Below the pieces are notes generated by a model. That model did not search any database. It saw nothing but the letters and a program-made list of their open reading frames with translations, and was not told the origin of the DNA. DNA of 61,134 nt, the filler included, from an uncultured bacterium (lineage in GTDB: Bacteria; Hinthialibacterota; Hinthialibacteria; Hinthialibacterales; Hinthialibacteraceae): assembly GCA_964449065.1 (NCBI GenBank). It is 2 parts of 2 records of this genome, joined end to end, with 100 filler letters (N's around TTAATTAATTAA, not from the genome) between each part and the next. Parts side by side here need not be neighbours in the genome. Positions count along the whole stretch, not along the records: positions 31,342 to 61,134 come from CAYVAZ010000017.1; 1 more part is not named here. One strand, 5' to 3'. This document shows, one piece after another, positions 56,653 through 61,134 of this stretch; position 1 is the first letter of the stretch, and each line of letters opens with the position of its first letter. The position numbers were made by a program, and so were the translations under genes.

Positions 56653-58614
56653 TCACTTCTCCTCATACGTAGCCTTAAGCTTTTCAACGACTGAGGCATC
56701 CGCCAGGGTGGTGGTGTCTCCCAAGGCTTTGCCTTCGGCGATGTCGCGCAGCAGGCGGCGCATGATCTTCCCGCTGCGGGTTTTGGGCAAATCGGCCGAG
56801 TAGATGATCTTATCCGGCTTGGCAATCGCCCCGATCTTTTGCGCGACATGCTTGATTAAATCGTCACGCATTTTTTCGGTCATCTCATACCCGTCTTTCA
56901 GGGTGACAAACGCGGCAATCGCCTGTCCTTTCACCTCATGCGGGATCCCAACCACCGCCGATTCCGTTACCGCTTTGTGGTCAACCAACGCGCTTTCCAC
57001 TTCCATCGTCGATATCCGGTGGCCGGATACGTTCATCACGTCATCCACGCGTCCCAGCACCCAAATGTTGCCGTGTTCATCGCGTTTGGCACCGTCTCCG
57101 GCGAAGTAGGTGTCTTTGTATTTGCTCCAATAGGTCTCCTTGTAGCGTTCTTCATCGCCGTAAATTCCGCGCAGCATGGATGGCCAAGGCGATTGGATGA
57201 CCAGGTATCCGCCGCCGACATCCACATGCTCGCCTTCTTCGGTAAGGATATCCATCTCAACTCCCGGCAGCGGCTTGTTGCACGAACCGGGGACCAGTTT
57301 GGTCACGCCCGGCAGCGGGCTGGCCATGATGCTGCCGGTTTCGGTCTGCCACCAGGTATCCACAATCGGGCAGGTACCGTTGCCGATGACATCGTGATAC
57401 CACATCCAGGCTTCGGGGTTGATCGGTTCGCCCACACTGCCTAACAAGCGTAATGAACTGAGGTCGTGTTTTTTGGGCAGATCGTCTCCCCACTTCATAA
57501 ACGCGCGAATCGCGGTCGGCGCGGTATAGAAAACCGAAACCGCGTATTTCTCGCATATTGCCCATAACCGGTCTTTATCCGGCCAGTTGGGGGCCCCTTC
57601 ATACATAATTTGCGTCGCGCCGTTCGACATGGGGCCGTAGGTAATGTAACTGTGTCCGGTGATCCAACCGCAATCGGCGGTGCACCAATACACATCATCC
57701 GGTTTCAGGTCAAACACATACTTTGTGGTGTAGTGGCAGCCGGTCATGTACCCGCCGGTGGTGTGCATAATCCCTTTCGGCTTACCGGTGGTTCCGGAGG
57801 TATAGAGGATGAAGAGCAGGTCTTCGGCGTCCATCGGTTCCGGCTCGCAATAGGGTTCAGCATCCTGCATCATACGGTGATACCAATGGTCCCGGCCTTC
57901 AACCACGTGAAGAGGCAAGGGGTGATCATTGCGTTTTACAATAATCACGTGCTCAATCGATGGAGTATCCCGCAACGCGATGTCAGCATCATGCTTCAAG
58001 GGCAAAATCGTACCGCGCCGGTAGCCGCCATCCGCGGTGATCAGCACTTTGCATTCCGAATCGTTGATGCGGTCGCGCAGGGCTTCCGGGCTGAATCCGC
58101 CAAACACAACCGAATGCACCGCGCCGATACGGGCGCACGCCAGCATGGCAATCACCAATTCAGGTACCATCGGCATATACATGGCCACCCGGTCGCCTTT
58201 TTTGACTCCCAGTTTTTTGAGGCAGTTCGCGAATTTGTTGACATCGCGGTACAAATCCCAATAGGTAAAAGTACGGGTATCCTCCGGTTCGCCTTCCCAA
58301 ATAATGGCGGCTTTATTTTTTAATCCGCCCAATACATGGCGGTCCAGGCAGTTGTAACTGGCATTCAACGTCCCGCCGGTAAACCATTTCGAAAAAGGAG
58401 GGTTCCATTCGAGGGCTTTGTTCCACTTTTGAAACCAGTCCAGGTTTTCCGCTTGTTGTTCCCAAAAGGCGATCCGGTCTTTTTCCGCCAATTCGTATAA
58501 TGAATTGTCCGATACAACCGCCTGTTCTTTAAATTCCGCCGGAGGCTCAAACCCCCGTTCTTCGCTGAGATACGCTTCAATTGTTGTTGCATGTTCTGTT
58601 GGATTTCCACTCAT
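56653..58614 (-). CDS. acs: Acetyl-CoA synthetase
   Basis: [48 protein letters not shown]. Confidence 0.97.
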   Translation of the reverse strand: MSGNPTEHATTIEAYLSEERGFEPPAEFKEQAVVSDNSLYELAEKDRIAFWEQQAENLDWFQKWNKALEWNPPFSKWFTGGTLNASYNCLDRHVLGGLKNKAAIIWEGEPEDTRTFTYWDLYRDVNKFANCLKKLGVKKGDRVAMYMPMVPELVIAMLACARIGAVHSVVFGGFSPEALRDRINDSECKVLITADGGYRRGTILPLKHDADIALRDTPSIEHVIIVKRNDHPLPLHVVEGRDHWYHRMMQDAEPYCEPEPMDAEDLLFILYTSGTTGKPKGIMHTTGGYMTGCHYTTKYVFDLKPDDVYWCTADCGWITGHSYITYGPMSNGATQIMYEGAPNWPDKDRLWAICEKYAVSVFYTAPTAIRAFMKWGDDLPKKHDLSSLRLLGSVGEPINPEAWMWYHDVIGNGTCPIVDTWWQTETGSIMASPLPGVTKLVPGSCNKPLPGVEMDILTEEGEHVDVGGGYLVIQSPWPSMLRGIYGDEERYKETYWSKYKDTYFAGDGAKRDEHGNIWVLGRVDDVMNVSGHRISTMEVESALVDHKAVTESAVVGIPHEVKGQAIAAFVTLKDGYEMTEKMRDDLIKHVAQKIGAIAKPDKIIYSADLPKTRSGKIMRRLLRDIAEGKALGDTTTLADASVVEKLKATYEEK

Positions 58615-58828
58615 TCCTCACCTCGTATTGCTTTGTTAAAAATCAGATTGCACTATAATTCACCGCTTGTTGAATGAAAAACGGTGACCCGTTTCGAATA
58701 GGGTAGCACAGAGCGATGGCGTGGGAAAAGGGCAGACAGCCATTGTTGAATTACCGGGTTTTATCGTAACATTTTGCATGGTGAACCGTTGCACTTGGTT
58801 CAATCGTACAACACCAGGAGGATGATCG

Positions 58829-60673
58829 ATGTACAAATTAATGCCATACGTTTTTGTAGGATTTCTGATTGGGGCTTCCCAACCGCAAAGCGCGCAAAGC
58901 CAACCCGGGTCTTCACCCGCCGGGGGGATTCCATTTGATACGCCGTTCGCGAAATATGGGGATATTGAAATCGGGTTGGGTGAGTTTTTCTTTTTTCAAG
59001 ACCGCATGTTAAAAGAGATCGATAACTATGAAGATGAAGAGCGCAAAGAGCAGATGATGAATGCGCTGCAAAATTTGATCTTTGAATTTGGCATCTACAA
59101 CCTGGCGATGGAACAGGGATATGGCCAAACGCCGGAATATCTCAGCCAAGTGCAGGATATGAAAAACGGCTATCTGGCGGCGTTCTACACCTATCATCAA
59201 TTCACCACACAGTATGAAGAAGACGAAGATGCCCTGCGCGCGTTGTATGAAGAAGAAAAAGAGAAATACTTTCAACCCGCCAAATTTACCTTCCGCCATA
59301 TTTTCATCCGCACCGTTGATATGCCGGAAGAAGAACAAAAAAAAGCGGATGACAGGGCCAAGGCGGCATTGGAACTCATCAAAAGCGGATCGGATTTTGT
59401 CGAGATAGCCCGTATGTACTCCGATTCCGAGCGCAAAGGCGCGGTGGTGGGGCCGTTCAACAAACGCGGCCACGACCCGGACCGTGCCATCAACCCGGTG
59501 TTGGAAGACGCATTGATGGAGCTCGAACAAGGGGAAGTGAGTGACATCATCACAACCAAATACGGCTATGAAATCTTAAAGCTGGAATCCTTCACCGACG
59601 ATCAATACCGTCCCTTCGCGCAATTGCGGTTAACCCTGGCCAACCGCCTGAAGTCGGAACAACGTGAGGATTGGAAACGCAGCATTGTAGAAGAGTATTG
59701 GGATGATGCGGTTTCGCAATTTAATCCCAGCGTGATTTTTGATGAAAACGCGGATATGAATGATGTGATTGCCGTGGTTTATAGCGATGTTATCAATTAT
59801 GCCAAGTATCAACAACTGGTGACCCGCAAGTTAACGCGCAATCCAAACGAAAGCGATGAAGAATACAACAAGCGGTTGGTGGATCAACTGAAATACGATG
59901 TGATCTTCAACAACATCGCCGCCAAACTGGCTTGGGAAAAAAACTATTCCGATATCCCCCGCTACAAGCTCCTAACCAAATTTAAAGAATACAAATCCGT
60001 GTATTCGGTATGGTGGAACAAGATGGTTGACAATTACATGGACGCCAACCCCGTCACCGAAGAAGAAAAGCGTGCCTATTACGAAGAGAACAAAAATTAC
60101 TTTTTGGCCCCATCCAAAGCCTATGTTCGTGAAATGATGTTTAAAGTACCCGAGCATGCTGAAGACGTGATGTATGAAAAATACAAAGCGGAACAAGCCG
60201 CGAAAGAAAAAGCCCAAAAAGCCATCGAACGCGTGTTGGCCGGCGAAAACTTTGCCGAGGTGGCCAAAGACATGTCGGAAAGCGGTACTGCCGGTGAGGG
60301 CGGCGACATCGGTGAAATCGGGTTTGACACAGACAAACTGCCGAAAATGGTCGCGCGGGAAGCCATGAAATTAAACCCAACCGGAATCACCGAAGAACCG
60401 GTGAGAGACGGGGATAAATTTTATGTGGTACAGTGCTACAAAAAACCGCCGCGCGAACCCTTGGATTTTAATGACCCACTCAGCCAAGAGCGGTTGGAGC
60501 GTGCCGTGCCCAACGTCAAGCGGAATGAGTATTACCAAACCATGTTGAACCGGTTGGCGGATATAGATGAAATTGAAATTCTTTATGAAAACGCCTTTGA
60601 GGTCAGCCCGACCGGCATAGCACAAACCAGTTTGTATTTGCCGGGAATGGAACGTCCGGGGTCTAATCAGTAA
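58829..60673 (+). CDS. Exported peptidyl-prolyl isomerase with two parvulin domains (SurA/PrsA-like)
   Basis: Signal peptide; RHIFI...DF.E.A..YSD...YGYEI; second NFAEVA..MSE....GGDIG. AGGAGG RBS. Confidence 0.85.
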   Translation: MYKLMPYVFVGFLIGASQPQSAQSQPGSSPAGGIPFDTPFAKYGDIEIGLGEFFFFQDRMLKEIDNYEDEERKEQMMNALQNLIFEFGIYNLAMEQGYGQTPEYLSQVQDMKNGYLAAFYTYHQFTTQYEEDEDALRALYEEEKEKYFQPAKFTFRHIFIRTVDMPEEEQKKADDRAKAALELIKSGSDFVEIARMYSDSERKGAVVGPFNKRGHDPDRAINPVLEDALMELEQGEVSDIITTKYGYEILKLESFTDDQYRPFAQLRLTLANRLKSEQREDWKRSIVEEYWDDAVSQFNPSVIFDENADMNDVIAVVYSDVINYAKYQQLVTRKLTRNPNESDEEYNKRLVDQLKYDVIFNNIAAKLAWEKNYSDIPRYKLLTKFKEYKSVYSVWWNKMVDNYMDANPVTEEEKRAYYEENKNYFLAPSKAYVREMMFKVPEHAEDVMYEKYKAEQAAKEKAQKAIERVLAGENFAEVAKDMSESGTAGEGGDIGEIGFDTDKLPKMVAREAMKLNPTGITEEPVRDGDKFYVVQCYKKPPREPLDFNDPLSQERLERAVPNVKRNEYYQTMLNRLADIDEIEILYENAFEVSPTGIAQTSLYLPGMERPGSNQ

Positions 60674-60709
60674 CCGTATTTGAGTTTGTATGACTTATGA
60701 GCACCCGCG

Positions 60710-60740
60710 GGGGCACGCAGCAGCGTGCCTCTTCGTTTTT
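60710..60740 (+). terminator. Hairpin (terminator or REP-like) between convergent genes
   Basis: GGGGCACGC-AGCA-GCGTGCCTC followed by TTCGTTTTT. Confidence 0.5.
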
Positions 60741-60750
60741 GTCCGGCAAA

Positions 60751-61134
60751 TTATTCGCCGACGAGCGTTTGGCAATGGGCTAAACAAGAACCGGCAAGCG
60801 CCTGTAAGTTATACCCGCCTTCCAGGCAGGAAATTAATTTCCCCCCGCAATGATCCTCAGCGTGTTTCATCATCACTTCGGTGAGATGCGCGAAATGAGA
60901 TTCCTCCAGCAGCCAGTTTCCAAGCGGGTCATCGCGGTGCCCATCAAACCCGGCGGAAATCATAAGAATATCCGGTTGAAAAGCGGGGATCACTTCTTCC
61001 AATGCATCCTTGACCGCATCCACAATAATTTGCGGCTGAGTATGGGCCGGGAACGGCAAATTGCGGGTATATCCCTCCCCTTTGCCTTTGCCCGTTTCGC
61101 TTACAGCGCCTGTACCCGGATAGTGAGGATATTG
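60751..61134 (-). CDS. Histone deacetylase-family protein, 3' part (runs off the window)
   Basis: QYPHYPGTG, ISAGFDGHRDDPLG, LEGGY. Confidence 0.92.
   Translation of the reverse strand, partial: QYPHYPGTGAVSETGKGKGEGYTRNLPFPAHTQPQIIVDAVKDALEEVIPAFQPDILMISAGFDGHRDDPLGNWLLEESHFAHLTEVMMKHAEDHCGGKLISCLEGGYNLQALAGSCLAHCQTLVGE

Overview
Bacterial chromosomal segment from a draft or metagenome assembly, about 50% GC by eye. It has N gaps at 214-223 and 23835-23934 and an artificial N44-TTAATTAATTAA-N44 contig linker at 31242-31341, so the two halves need not be neighbours. Most of it is housekeeping: anaerobic sulfatase maturase; a dcw cluster (mraZ-rsmH-ftsL-like-ftsI-murE-mraY-murD-ftsW-murG-murC-ftsQ-ftsA-ftsZ); dps/oxyR; a GntR regulator; a Tat-exported Hyi-family isomerase; arylsulfatase; groEL; batCDE; ribD-ribE-ribH-nusB-O-antigen ligase-ispG; ppdK; prfA-prmC; acs; a double-parvulin PPIase; and a partial HDAC-family gene. 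The intergenic spaces hold REP-like and MITE-like repeats and decayed toxin-antitoxin, IS and gene fragments. The strongest leads are: (1) an AT-rich two-gene cargo (large unknown protein plus PIN nuclease) on a decapitated IS1595 element; (2) a structured ~150-nt candidate sRNA with two anti-Shine-Dalgarno motifs downstream of ftsZ; (3) an IspG lacking its Fe-S domain but carrying a Cys-containing insertion; (4) an ABC-ATPase plus TOPRIM-like (DUF4276-type) pair next to BrnTA; (5) a stray MtaB-like fragment; (6) inverted MraZ boxes. All calls come from motif recognition by eye; no database searches were run.
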